Shown here: positions 44,467-54,212 of the stretch, one piece after another
Position numbering within the stretch: the first letter of the stretch is position 1
Layout: every line of letters starts with the position of its first letter
NCBI GenBank assembly: GCA_965227515.1
Contig: CBDDFZ010000001.1
Location: forward strand, 2,336,001-2,400,000
Length of the DNA stretch: 64,000 nt
From: Alphaproteobacteria bacterium
GTDB taxonomy: Bacteria; Pseudomonadota; Alphaproteobacteria; CALKHQ01
Direction of reading: 5' to 3'
Program-made: the position numbers and the translations under genes
The notes under the pieces: model-generated
The model's database searches: none
Told to the model about the DNA's origin: nothing
What the model saw: the letters and a program-made list of their open reading frames with translations, nothing else

Positions 44467-45705
44467 ATGAACCTGCCGATCCTAGCCATCCGCACCCATG
44501 GGCGGCTGATCGCGTTCGGCATGCTGATGGTGTTCTGTTCCGGTCCGGGCCAGACCTACTTCATCTCCCTGTTCGGCGACGAGATCCGCCAGGCCTTCGG
44601 CCTGTCCCACGGCGATTTCGGCAGCCTGTTTTCCGTCGGCACCATTGCCGGCGCCGCCGTGCTGTTGTGGGCGGGCCGGCTGATCGACCGTGTGCCGCTC
44701 TTCGTCATGGCGGGGCTGGTGGTCGCCATCATGGCCGCGTTGTGCGCGCTGATGGGCCTGTTGTGGAGTGCCGCGGCGCTGGGCTTCGCGTTCTTCGGCC
44801 TGCGCCTGGTGGGGCAGGGGCTGACGGTGCACACGGCGATGACCACCATGGCGCGCAGCTTCGCGGCCGCGCGGGGCAAGGCGATCAGCCTGGCGTCCCT
44901 GGGCCACACCATCGGCAACGCCGCGCTGCCGGCGCTGGTGGTGGCGGCGCTTGCGGTGATGACGTGGCGCGAGGTCTGGTTCGTGGCGGCCGCCGTGTTG
45001 CTGGCGACGGTGCCGGTGGTGCTGTGGCTGCTGCGCGGCCACGCCGCCCGCACGGCGGTGCGCGAGGCGCAGGTCGCCGCCGCCCCGCCGGTCAATACCG
45101 CCGCCTACGACGCCAGGCTCGGCGAGGCCTTGCGCGATCCCGGCCTGTGGATGCGGTTGCCCGCGCTGATGGCGCCGGCGTTCGTGTTCACCGGGCTGAT
45201 CTTCCACCAGGACCACATCGCGGCGGTGCGCGGCTGGCCCGACACGCTGATGGCCGCCGGTTTCACCACGTTCGCGATCGTGTCTGCCGTGTCGTTGCTG
45301 GCTGCCGGCCCGATGGTCGACAGGTTCAGCGCGCGCCGTCTGGTGCCGGTGTTCCTGCTGCCGCTGACACTGGCCAGCCTGTGCTTGGCGTTCGGCGAGG
45401 CGCAGTTGTTCGTGCCGGTATTCTTCGGCCTGTTGGGCGCGGGCACGGGGCTCGCCGTGGTGTTGAACGCCGCCATATGGGCAGAGCTTTACGGCACCCG
45501 CCATCTGGGGGCGATCCGGGCGTTCGGGCAGTCCGGCATGGGGTTCGCCAGCGGGCTGGCGCCGTCGCTGTTTGGTGTGCTGATGGATGCGGGCGTGTCG
45601 GTCACCGCCATCGCGGTCGGGTCGGCGGTCTATTGCGTGGCCGCCTCCTTGCTCGCCGCGTTCGCCCAGGCGCCAAGGATGATGGCCCAGCCAGTGCTGC
45701 GCTAG
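44467..45705 (+). CDS. MFS transporter
   Basis: Many TM segments; GRLIDR, GPMVDRF, ELYGTRHLGAIR. Confidence 0.9.
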   Translation: MNLPILAIRTHGRLIAFGMLMVFCSGPGQTYFISLFGDEIRQAFGLSHGDFGSLFSVGTIAGAAVLLWAGRLIDRVPLFVMAGLVVAIMAALCALMGLLWSAAALGFAFFGLRLVGQGLTVHTAMTTMARSFAAARGKAISLASLGHTIGNAALPALVVAALAVMTWREVWFVAAAVLLATVPVVLWLLRGHAARTAVREAQVAAAPPVNTAAYDARLGEALRDPGLWMRLPALMAPAFVFTGLIFHQDHIAAVRGWPDTLMAAGFTTFAIVSAVSLLAAGPMVDRFSARRLVPVFLLPLTLASLCLAFGEAQLFVPVFFGLLGAGTGLAVVLNAAIWAELYGTRHLGAIRAFGQSGMGFASGLAPSLFGVLMDAGVSVTAIAVGSAVYCVAASLLAAFAQAPRMMAQPVLR

Positions 45706-45717
45706 CGCGCGAACTCG

Positions 45718-46803
45718 TCAGGTCCAGGCCGCCTTCATGCCGTCGCGCCAGCCGCCGTGGAACGGGTGGTCGGCGGCGATCGGCAGGGGCTCGGCCTCGC
45801 CGGTCAGCGCCGAGCGATAGGCGGCCGTCAGCAGCTCGATGGACCGCCGCGCGTCGGCCAACGTGACCGGCAGCGGAGCGTCACCGACAAGTGCCGCGTG
45901 CAGGCGGTGGAACTGGCCAGCAAACCCTTCCGGCAGCGGCATGAAGTCGGCCAGGGCCTCGTCGATCCGCTTGGCGGCGGCGGGGTCGTCATGCGGGAAC
46001 GTCCACGGGTCGGTTCCCGGCGCGTACGGCTCCAGGCAGCTTTCGGCCACCAGGTCGCGGAAGCAGAACCGCAGGCGAGAGGTCTGTTGCCGCGATCCCA
46101 GCGTCACCGACGATGTGGCGAACGCGCCGCTATCGAATGCCAGCGACAGCACGGCCGTGTCCTCGGTCTCGTTGCCGTTCAGCCGGCGCGAGGCGCGCGC
46201 GTGCACGCTCACCGGCCAGCCCAGCGCCTCGCACAGCAGGTCATGGATGTGGATCGCATGGCTGGTCAGGCAGCCGCCGAGCTCGCGGTCGAACGTGCCG
46301 CGCCAGGCCGCGGCCGCATAATACTCGGCGTCGCGGTACCAGTGCGTCTCGGCGGTGGCGATCACCGCCGGGCCGGCCACGCCCTTCGCCATCAGATGGC
46401 GCAGCTTCTGGTAACCGTGGCCGAACCGGTACTGGAACACCGGGCAGATGCGCCGCCCCGCGTTCGCCTCGGCGGCCTCCAGCGCCTCGATCTCGCTCAG
46501 CGCGCAGGCGGTCGGTTTTTCCACCACCACGTGCTTGCCGGCGGCAAGTGCTGCCAGCGTGTGGGGCAGGTGCAGCCAAGGCGGGGTGCACACATGGACC
46601 ACGTCCAGGTCGCGGTCGAGCAATGCCTCCATGCTGGTAAGCACATGGCCGATGCCATGCTCGGCGGCGACGGCGCCCGCGCGTGCCGTGTCCAAATCGG
46701 CGATGGCATCGATCTCGAACAGGTCCGGCAACGCTGCCAGGCCGGCGGCATGCTGGGCACCGATACCGGCGCCGACGATGCCGACCTTCAGGCGCCCTGT
46801 CAT
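45718..46803 (-). CDS. Gfo/Idh/MocA oxidoreductase
   Basis: GIVGAG, CTPP, VEKP, HAIH. Confidence 0.9.
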   Translation of the reverse strand: MTGRLKVGIVGAGIGAQHAAGLAALPDLFEIDAIADLDTARAGAVAAEHGIGHVLTSMEALLDRDLDVVHVCTPPWLHLPHTLAALAAGKHVVVEKPTACALSEIEALEAAEANAGRRICPVFQYRFGHGYQKLRHLMAKGVAGPAVIATAETHWYRDAEYYAAAAWRGTFDRELGGCLTSHAIHIHDLLCEALGWPVSVHARASRRLNGNETEDTAVLSLAFDSGAFATSSVTLGSRQQTSRLRFCFRDLVAESCLEPYAPGTDPWTFPHDDPAAAKRIDEALADFMPLPEGFAGQFHRLHAALVGDAPLPVTLADARRSIELLTAAYRSALTGEAEPLPIAADHPFHGGWRDGMKAAWT

Positions 46804-46818
46804 GAGAGCGGGGTCATC

Positions 46819-47877
46819 TCAGCGGGGCGCCGGCCGGCTGCCGGTCAGCTCCTCAGCCATCTCCGCCGCCTCGATCGCCAGTTGCATCGCCATGAAGCAA
46901 CGGTCTTGCGGCATGGCGGTCTCGGTGCGGTTCAGCACATCGTCGCGGAGCTGCCGGCCATAGGGGATCTCGGTCGCGGAACAGTCGATGTGGCGCGTGC
47001 CCTTGCCATCGGTCAGGAACAGGTGATCGCCGCCCGGGCGCCCCTCCACGTCCATGTACTTCCTGAGTTCGATCATGCCCTCGGTGCCGAGCAGGAACAG
47101 CCGCCCGTCACCCCACACCGGCGAGCCGTCGGGCGTGAACCAGTCGACCCGGACGAAGCCGGTGGCACTGTCGGACGCCACCACGGCGTGGCCGTAGTCG
47201 CGGAAGTCGGGGTGGTCCGGATTGTCGAAGTTCGCCACCATGGCCGACGTGATGCGCGCGTCGGTGGACCCGGTGAAAAACAGGAACTGTTCGAGCTGGT
47301 GGGAGGCGATGTCGATCAGGATGTGGCCGCCGCGCGCCGGATCCCAGAACCAGTCGGGCCGCACCGCACCCCCCTCCGGATTGGTGAGCTGGTGCGGGCC
47401 GAGGCCGACGGTGCTGATCACCCGCCCGATGGCGCCGGCATGCACCAGGTCGCCGGCCGCCAGCGTCGACCGCTGGGTCAGGTGCTCCGAGTAGCAGATC
47501 GAGAAGATGCGCCCGGTCTCGGCCTGCACCTGCCGCAGCTCGGCCAGTTGGGCGGCGGTGGTGCAGCCGGGCTTGTCGACCATCACGTCCTTGCCCGCGC
47601 GCATTGCCCGCACCGCCATCGGCCCGCGCACGTTCGGGATGCCGGCGCCAACCACCATGCGGATGTCGCCGTCCTCCAGCACCGCCCGTTCGTCGCCCAC
47701 GCGCTGCGCATCGGGATAACGCTGGGCGAACGCGGCGGCCAGATCGTCCTCTGGCGCGAAGAAGCTCTTCAGCGTGCAGCCGGCGGCCAGCATGGCATCG
47801 ACCTGGCCGTAGATGTGGCCGTGGTTGATGCCGATGACGCCGATGGGAAAGCCGCCCTGGGCGGCGGTGTCAGTCAT
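46819..47877 (-). CDS. Gfo/Idh/MocA oxidoreductase
   Basis: GINHGHI, VDKPG, DIASH, VDWFTPDG. Confidence 0.9.
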   Translation of the reverse strand: MTDTAAQGGFPIGVIGINHGHIYGQVDAMLAAGCTLKSFFAPEDDLAAAFAQRYPDAQRVGDERAVLEDGDIRMVVGAGIPNVRGPMAVRAMRAGKDVMVDKPGCTTAAQLAELRQVQAETGRIFSICYSEHLTQRSTLAAGDLVHAGAIGRVISTVGLGPHQLTNPEGGAVRPDWFWDPARGGHILIDIASHQLEQFLFFTGSTDARITSAMVANFDNPDHPDFRDYGHAVVASDSATGFVRVDWFTPDGSPVWGDGRLFLLGTEGMIELRKYMDVEGRPGGDHLFLTDGKGTRHIDCSATEIPYGRQLRDDVLNRTETAMPQDRCFMAMQLAIEAAEMAEELTGSRPAPR

Positions 47878-47886
47878 TTGGGTTCG

Positions 47887-48630
47887 TCATTGTGTTGCGT
47901 CTCCGCGTTGATAAACCGAGATGTGCATCTTGCTGTCGGCCGTGAACGGCTCGCGCGACCAGCCGCCCCAACGGTGTCGCAGGCTGAGGCCGGCAAGCCG
48001 CGCCATCAGGTCGATTTCCGATGGCCACGCATAGCGCATCGGCAGCGGCACGAGCTGCACCCCCTGCTGCGTGATCCTGATCCGCTGGGCGTCCAGCACC
48101 TGATGTACCGGATCGTGGGCGATGGCTTCCAGCCATACGGAGTCCATGGCGACACGTTTGGTCCCCACGCGCTGGTGCCTGGTGAAGTCCGACAGGTCGG
48201 GCACGAAGGTCTCGACCAGGAACGTGCCGCCGTCGACCAGGTGGTCGGCGACGCACTGGAAGCAGCGCACCTGGCTCTCCTGGGACGGCAGGTTGAACAG
48301 CGTGTTGAAGACCAGGAAGGCGTGGTCGAACCGCCCGTCGACGCTGAAATCGGCCATGTCGCCGATGGTCACCGGAATCGCCTCGCCACCCGGCTTGGCG
48401 CGCAGCTCTGCCACCATGTCCGGCGATGCCTCGACGCCCGCGATGGTGTGGCCAGCCTGGGCCAAGGGCAGCGCGATGCGGCCGGTGCCGATGGCAAGCT
48501 CCAGGATCACCCCGTCGCCGGCCAGTTCGGAGATCAGCTTGACCGTCGCGTCGGTCGTGCCGGGGTCGTGCAGCGTGTCATAGTCGTCGGCATTGAGCTC
48601 GCCGAAGGTCGCCGGCCCGAAACCATCCAT
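47887..48630 (-). CDS. class I SAM-dependent methyltransferase
   Basis: LELAIGTGR, GDMADF, VFNTLFNL, WPSEIDLMA. Confidence 0.9.
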   Translation of the reverse strand: MDGFGPATFGELNADDYDTLHDPGTTDATVKLISELAGDGVILELAIGTGRIALPLAQAGHTIAGVEASPDMVAELRAKPGGEAIPVTIGDMADFSVDGRFDHAFLVFNTLFNLPSQESQVRCFQCVADHLVDGGTFLVETFVPDLSDFTRHQRVGTKRVAMDSVWLEAIAHDPVHQVLDAQRIRITQQGVQLVPLPMRYAWPSEIDLMARLAGLSLRHRWGGWSREPFTADSKMHISVYQRGDATQ

Positions 48631-48745
48631 AGCTGTCCCCCTCCGTTTCTTTCCTTGCCCGATCGACATTCGATCTGCCGCAACAGCGGGTCTATAGTCG
48701 ATGGTGCGCCGGATAAGAAGGCGCATGTTCCCCGGAGGAAACACA

Positions 48746-49843
48746 ATGAAACGCATCGGAAAGCTGGCGCTCTGTGCGCCCTTGCTGTTGCTGCCCTTGG
48801 TCGCCGAGGCGCAGGAGAAGGTCATCTACGACACTGACTTCGGCACCCTGAACGACGACGGCATGGGCCTGATCATGCTTGCGGCGATGCAGGCCGAAGG
48901 CGAGGTCGACCTGCTCGGCATCACCGTGGTGTCGGGCAACCAGTGGCTGGCGCAGGGTGTGGCCGATGCCTTGCGGTCGGTCGAGCGTTTGGGCATCGCC
49001 GACGTGCCGGTGCTGGCTGGCGCGGTCTATCCGCTGGTCCGCGACTACCGCAGCCTGGAGGCCGAGCAGGCGCTCTACGGCCGCGGCTGGGCCGGCGCCT
49101 TGAGCAACCCGCGCCCGCAGTCGCACGCCGACCTGAATGCGCCGCCGGACGGTTTCGCCCAGAACACCGAGGTGGCCGACGGCCACGCGGTCGATTTCAT
49201 CATCGACCAGGTGCGCGCCAATCCCGGCGAGGTGACGATCCTGGCTATCGGGCCGGCCACCAATGTGGCGCTGGCGGTGCGGATGGCGCCCGACATCTCG
49301 CCGCTGATCAAGCGCATCATCTGGATGGGTGGCGCGTTCGATGCCATGGGCAACGTGACGCCGGCGGCCGAGTTCAACTGGTGGTTTGATCCCGAGGCGG
49401 CGCGGATCGTGCTGCGCGAGCCGATCCCGCAGGTGATCGTGTCGCTGGATGTCACCAACAAGGTGGCGATGGAGCTGGAGCAGTATCAGGCGATCACCGA
49501 GATCGAGAATCCGACCGTGATCACCGAGCTGTGGAAGACCTTGAACGCGGAGCGGTTCGCCGGCCCCAATCCGCGCCGCAGCATCTGGGACACGATTGCC
49601 GTCGGCTACTTGGCCGATCCGGACATCGTCACCGACATGCGCCGGTTCTTCGTCGATGTCGATGTCGCGATGGGGCCGAACTACGGGCGGGCGCTGGGCT
49701 ATGGCGTCGATTCCGACAATCCCGACGTGTCGCCGGTGGCCGGGCTGCAGCCGGCCGACGTGATCTATGAGATCGACGCGGACCGGTTTTGGGCCCGCTT
49801 CGTCGAGTTGATGACGGCGGAATTCCCGGTTGGCCAGGACTGA
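48746..49843 (+). CDS. nucleoside hydrolase with signal peptide
   Basis: Signal ending AEA-Q; DTDFGTLNDD, IGPATN, MGG, AEFNWWFDPEAA, WD. Confidence 0.88.
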   Translation: MKRIGKLALCAPLLLLPLVAEAQEKVIYDTDFGTLNDDGMGLIMLAAMQAEGEVDLLGITVVSGNQWLAQGVADALRSVERLGIADVPVLAGAVYPLVRDYRSLEAEQALYGRGWAGALSNPRPQSHADLNAPPDGFAQNTEVADGHAVDFIIDQVRANPGEVTILAIGPATNVALAVRMAPDISPLIKRIIWMGGAFDAMGNVTPAAEFNWWFDPEAARIVLREPIPQVIVSLDVTNKVAMELEQYQAITEIENPTVITELWKTLNAERFAGPNPRRSIWDTIAVGYLADPDIVTDMRRFFVDVDVAMGPNYGRALGYGVDSDNPDVSPVAGLQPADVIYEIDADRFWARFVELMTAEFPVGQD

Positions 49844-49912
49844 GTCTGGATCCGAATGAGTGTGGGCGGCTGTCCTGGTCACTGACCGGACGGCTGCCCA
49901 TGCCGAAGCCCG

Positions 49913-50038
49913 CTACCGCTTCCGGCCGCTGCGCTGATTTTGCAGCCGCTTGTGCATCCAGGCGGCCCAAGCGAACCCCGCGCCAGCCAGCAGCAGCGCG
50001 GCAATCGGCAAACCGATGGTCAAGGCATTGGCTTCCAT
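49913..50038 (-). CDS. 41-aa single-TM protein with basic tail, not in the ORF track
   Basis: GGAGGAG RBS within the upstream gene end; MEANALTIGLPIAALLLAGAGFAWAAWMHKRLQNQRSGRKR. Confidence 0.65.
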   Translation of the reverse strand: MEANALTIGLPIAALLLAGAGFAWAAWMHKRLQNQRSGRKR

Positions 50039-50041
50039 TGC

Positions 50042-50266
50042 CTACTCCTCCATCAGAAACCTGAAGACCAAGTGTGCCGTTATATGTAGTGCGAGTGCAA
50101 CGATGCACCAAATCACATTGAGCGTGCTGAAGCCCTGCTGGTTGGCCAGCAGTGGCAGCAAGGCGCCGAATCCGACAAATCCCAGCGCGACCGCATTGAT
50201 CGTATTCGCCAGCAGCTTGATCCGCTCATTGAAACGAACGGCTGCAATATTGGCCGTCACCGCCAT
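50042..50266 (-). CDS. 74-aa two-TM membrane protein
   Basis: GAGG RBS; RFNERIKLLANTINAVA followed by two hydrophobic helices. Confidence 0.72.
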   Translation of the reverse strand: MAVTANIAAVRFNERIKLLANTINAVALGFVGFGALLPLLANQQGFSTLNVIWCIVALALHITAHLVFRFLMEE

Positions 50267-50346
50267 CCATTTGCCCTCAATGACCGATCGCCATGGAAGG
50301 CGAACTTCAAGCACAGGTCAATGGCGTCAGGTAACCAGCGCGAAGC

Positions 50347-51075
50347 CTATCGGCTGGCCGATTTGTTGGCGTACATCTCGACGTCGGCGGCGTGCAGGGC
50401 GTCGTTGACGTCCATGTCGGACGAGATCGGGTGCAGGCCCCAGGCCGTGGTCACCGGAATGGCGGCATTGCGCCACTGCGCGGGGGAGGCGCGCAGCGCG
50501 TCGACGATTGCCTGGCCGCGCGCGCTGGCGGCCTTCTCGTCGGTGTTGACCAGCAGGATGCCGAACTCGTCGCCGCCCAGCCGGCCCAAAATGTCCGAGC
50601 GGCGGACGTGCTGGCGCACGGTGTCGGCAAAGTGGCGCAACGCCTCGTCGCCGGCCAGGTGCCCCAGCGAATCGTTGATGGTCTTCATGCCGTTGATGTC
50701 GAAGAACAGGATCGTGCTCGGCGCGTCGTAGCGGGTGGCGAAGTTCACGTAGCGCGTCACCTCGCGCACGAAGGCGCGGCGGTTGAACAGCCCGGTCAGC
50801 GGGTCTTCGTCGGCCAGCTTCTCCAGCTCGCTGATCCGGCGTTCCTTGGCCATCAGGTCCTGTTGCAGGCGGCTGACTTCGTCGATCAGGCGCTGGATCG
50901 CGTCATGGACCCGCGGCGTCAGCTCGCTTTCGGGAATGCCGGCAATCGAGACGCTGGCCGAGGGTTGCTCGACGGCGCCGGTCGAATTCGCGGCGACCTT
51001 GGCCGCGCTGTCGGCTTTGCTTTGTCGGGTGGCGTAGGCCCTGACCTGGGCGGTCCGCGCTGTATCGATTCGCAC
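50347..51075 (-). CDS. diguanylate cyclase (coiled coil + GGDEF)
   Basis: DPLTGLFNRR, INDSLGH, RRSD-ILGRL-GGDEF (intact I-site); start uncertain. Confidence 0.92.
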   Translation of the reverse strand: MRIDTARTAQVRAYATRQSKADSAAKVAANSTGAVEQPSASVSIAGIPESELTPRVHDAIQRLIDEVSRLQQDLMAKERRISELEKLADEDPLTGLFNRRAFVREVTRYVNFATRYDAPSTILFFDINGMKTINDSLGHLAGDEALRHFADTVRQHVRRSDILGRLGGDEFGILLVNTDEKAASARGQAIVDALRASPAQWRNAAIPVTTAWGLHPISSDMDVNDALHAADVEMYANKSASR

Positions 51076-51327
51076 TGTCCTGTCGTCCCGTCTTGAGCGC
51101 TCGACGGGACGCCCGGTTCTCGGCACGGCCCGCGCTTCCTGCGCAACGGTGGCATGGGCCGCTTCCTGGGCCCGCGCCATCTCCAGCTACTAGCACGCCA
51201 GGGTTACCAAATTGCTCATCCGGCAACATTGCGCCAAATGAAACGCAAATCCGCTGCTGCGCCGTGCCCGGGCATGGGATATCAAGGACGCAGGCGACAG
51301 CAGGCGGCGACAGCAGGAGCGACCGAT

Positions 51328-52398
51328 ATGGCCGAAGTCACGCTGGACAATGTGCAGAAGGTCTATGGGGGCGATGTCCACGCGGTGAAGGGCATTTCCA
51401 TCGCCGCGGCCGACGGCGAGTTCGTGGTTCTGGTGGGCCCATCCGGTTGCGGCAAGTCGACCCTGCTGCGGATGATCGCCGGCCTGGAGGACATTACCGA
51501 GGGCGCGGTGTTCATCGACGGCACCATGGTCAACGACCTGGAGCCGGCGGAGCGTGACATCGCCATGGTGTTCCAGAACTACGCGCTCTATCCGCACATG
51601 ACGGTCTACCGCAACATGGCCTACGGCCTGCGCAACAGGAAGACGCCGCCCGACGAGATCGACCGGCGGGTGCGGTCCGCGGCGGAGACCCTGCAGCTCG
51701 AAGAGTTCCTGGAGCGCAAGCCGAAGCAGCTTTCCGGCGGCCAGCGCCAGCGTGTCGCCATGGGCCGCGCCATCGTGCGCGAGCCGAAGGTGTTCCTGTT
51801 CGACGAGCCGCTCTCCAATCTGGACGCCAAGTTGCGGGTGCAGATGCGGGTCGAGATCAAGAAGCTGCAGCGCAAGCTGGGCGTGACCAGCTTCTACGTG
51901 ACCCACGACCAGACCGAGGCGATGACCATGGCCGACCGGCTGGTGGTGATGAACGGCGGCATCGCCGAGCAGATCGGCACCCCGATGGAGGTCTACAACC
52001 GGCCGGCGACCACCTTCGTGGCGGGCTTCATCGGCTCGCCGGCGATGAACCTGCTGCCGGCGCATGTCGATGGCCGCGCGGTCGCCATCGACGGTGGGCC
52101 GACGCTGTCGCTCGGCCGCAACGACAGCATCGACAACGAGGGCCGGCCGGCGGTGGTGGGCTTGCGGCCGGAACATCTGGTGGCGGATGGCGGCGAGGGC
52201 CCGATCCGCCTTTCCGTCGAGCTGGTCGAGCCGCTGGGCGCCGACACGCTGGCCCACGGCCGTCTCGGCGATACCGGACACGCGCTGACCGCGCGGCTGC
52301 CGGGCGCTGCCTCGGTGGAGGACGGGGAGACGCTGGAGCTCGGCATCGCGCCCGAGCACATCCACGCCTTCGACCGTGCCAGCGGTTTTCGGATCTAG
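51328..52398 (+). CDS. ugpC: UgpC/MalK-type sugar or glycerol-3-P ABC ATPase
   Basis: [38 protein letters not shown]-like C-terminus. Confidence 0.8.
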   Translation: MAEVTLDNVQKVYGGDVHAVKGISIAAADGEFVVLVGPSGCGKSTLLRMIAGLEDITEGAVFIDGTMVNDLEPAERDIAMVFQNYALYPHMTVYRNMAYGLRNRKTPPDEIDRRVRSAAETLQLEEFLERKPKQLSGGQRQRVAMGRAIVREPKVFLFDEPLSNLDAKLRVQMRVEIKKLQRKLGVTSFYVTHDQTEAMTMADRLVVMNGGIAEQIGTPMEVYNRPATTFVAGFIGSPAMNLLPAHVDGRAVAIDGGPTLSLGRNDSIDNEGRPAVVGLRPEHLVADGGEGPIRLSVELVEPLGADTLAHGRLGDTGHALTARLPGAASVEDGETLELGIAPEHIHAFDRASGFRI

Positions 52399-52428
52399 GC
52401 GCAGCGGATCTGGGCGGGGCGGATCGTC

Positions 52429-52920
52429 ATGGCAGCACAGGTCGGCATCATCATGGGCAGCCAGTCGGACTGGTCGACCATGCGCCATGCCGCCGACGTG
52501 CTGGATGCCCTGGGCGTCGAGCACGAGGTGCGCATCGTCTCCGCCCACCGCACGCCGCACCGCCTGGTCGACTACGCCACTGGGGCGCGGGAGCGGGGGC
52601 TGAAGGTGGTCGTGGCCGGCGCCGGTGGGGCCGCGCACCTGCCGGGCATGGCGGCGGCCATGACGCCGCTGCCGGTGTTCGGCGTGCCAGTGGAAAGCCG
52701 GGCGCTGAAGGGCATGGACAGCCTGCTTTCCATCGTGCAGATGCCTGGCGGCGTGCCGGTGGGCACACTGGCCATCGGCGAGGCGGGCGCGCGCAATGCC
52801 GGGCTGCTGGCCGCAGCCGTGATCGCGCTCAACGACGATGCGGTCGCCGCCGCGCTGGACGCCTACCGCGCCCGCCAGACCGACGCTGTGGCGCTGGAAC
52901 CGGTCGACGCGCCAGGTTGA
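52429..52920 (+). CDS. purE: N5-CAIR mutase
   Basis: [31 protein letters not shown]. Confidence 0.97.
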   Translation: MAAQVGIIMGSQSDWSTMRHAADVLDALGVEHEVRIVSAHRTPHRLVDYATGARERGLKVVVAGAGGAAHLPGMAAAMTPLPVFGVPVESRALKGMDSLLSIVQMPGGVPVGTLAIGEAGARNAGLLAAAVIALNDDAVAAALDAYRARQTDAVALEPVDAPG

Positions 52921-52962
52921 ACTTGTCCTTGTGTGCGCCCGGCCCTGGTCTTTCACCTCTCT

Positions 52963-53060
52963 GTCATGCGCGGACTTGATCCGCGCATCCACGTCTTGGC
53001 TTCGACTGTTCGAAAGACGTGGATACCCGGGTCTCGACCTACGGTCGGCCCGGGCATGAC
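52963..53060. repeat. GTCAT...ATGAC palindromic (RPE/MITE-like) element between purE and purK
   Basis: GTCATGCGCGGACTTGATCCGCGCATCCACGTCTT ... AAGACGTGGATACCCGGG...CCCGGGCATGAC. Confidence 0.82.
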
Positions 53061-53093
53061 GTCAGTTCTTTGGTCCGCGATGTGGAACGTCCA

Positions 53094-54203
53094 ATGACCC
53101 ATCACCCCCTGCCGCCCGGGTCCACCATCGGCGTGCTCGGCAACGGCCAGCTTGGCCGCATGCTGGCAATTGCCGCCGCCCGCCTGGGCTATCGTTGCCA
53201 TGTGTTCGGGCCGGGGGCCGACAGCCCGGCCGAGCAGGTCGCGACCGCCGCGACCGTGGCCGACTACGACGACGAGGCGGCACTCGACCGCTTCGCCGAC
53301 GCCATCGACGTGGTCACCCTGGAGTTCGAGAACGTGCCCCATGCCGCCGCCGCGCGGGTGGCGGCGCGGGTGCCGGCGCGCCCATCGCCCGACGTGCTCG
53401 CCATCGCCCAGGACCGCCTCAGCGAGAAGACGTTTCTGAACGGCATCGACCAGCCGGTTTCGGTGCGCACGGCGATGTTCGCGCCCGCCACCGACGAGGC
53501 GTCGTTCCGGGCCGCGGTGGCCGAGGTCGGCCCCAACGCGATCGCCAAGACCACAACGTCCGGCTACGACGGCAAGGGGCAGGTGGCTGTCGAGCCGCAT
53601 ACCGACCTGGCCGAGGCGTGGCGAAGCTTCGCCGGCCGGCCGGTGGTGGTGGAGGGGCTGGTGCCGTTTCTGTGCGAGGTCTCGGTGGTCATCGCGCGCG
53701 GCATGGACGGGGCGTCGGCCTGCTTCGACACGGTGGAGAACGAGCACCGCGACCACATCCTGCACCGCACAGTGGCGCCGGCCCGCATCGACGGCAATCT
53801 GGCGGTGCGCGCGCAAATGACGGCCAAGGCCATTGCCGACGCGCTCGACCTTGTAGGTCTGCTGGCGGTGGAGATGTTCGTGACCCCGAACCGGCTGTTG
53901 CTGGTCAACGAGATCGCGCCGCGGCCGCACAATTCCGGCCACTGGACCATCGACTCCTGCGCCACCGACCAGTTCGAGCAGACGGTGCGCGCGGTCTGCG
54001 GCCTGCCGCTCGGCGATCCCAGCCGCCACCACGACGCGGAGATGCTGAACCTCTTGGGCGACGAGGTGCTTGGCGCATATGACGCGCTGGCCGATCCGAC
54101 GGCCCATGTGCATCTCTACGGCAAAGCCGAACCCCGGCCCGGCCGCAAGATGGGCCACATCACCCGGTTGCGTCCGTTGAATGCGACAGCGCTGCCCGGT
54201 TGA
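53094..54203 (+). CDS. purK: N5-CAIR synthetase
   Basis: GNGQLGRM, EFENV, GYDGKGQ, NEIAPRPHNSGH, RKMGH. Confidence 0.96.
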   Translation: MTHHPLPPGSTIGVLGNGQLGRMLAIAAARLGYRCHVFGPGADSPAEQVATAATVADYDDEAALDRFADAIDVVTLEFENVPHAAAARVAARVPARPSPDVLAIAQDRLSEKTFLNGIDQPVSVRTAMFAPATDEASFRAAVAEVGPNAIAKTTTSGYDGKGQVAVEPHTDLAEAWRSFAGRPVVVEGLVPFLCEVSVVIARGMDGASACFDTVENEHRDHILHRTVAPARIDGNLAVRAQMTAKAIADALDLVGLLAVEMFVTPNRLLLVNEIAPRPHNSGHWTIDSCATDQFEQTVRAVCGLPLGDPSRHHDAEMLNLLGDEVLGAYDALADPTAHVHLYGKAEPRPGRKMGHITRLRPLNATALPG

Positions 54204-54212
54204 CGGTATCTC

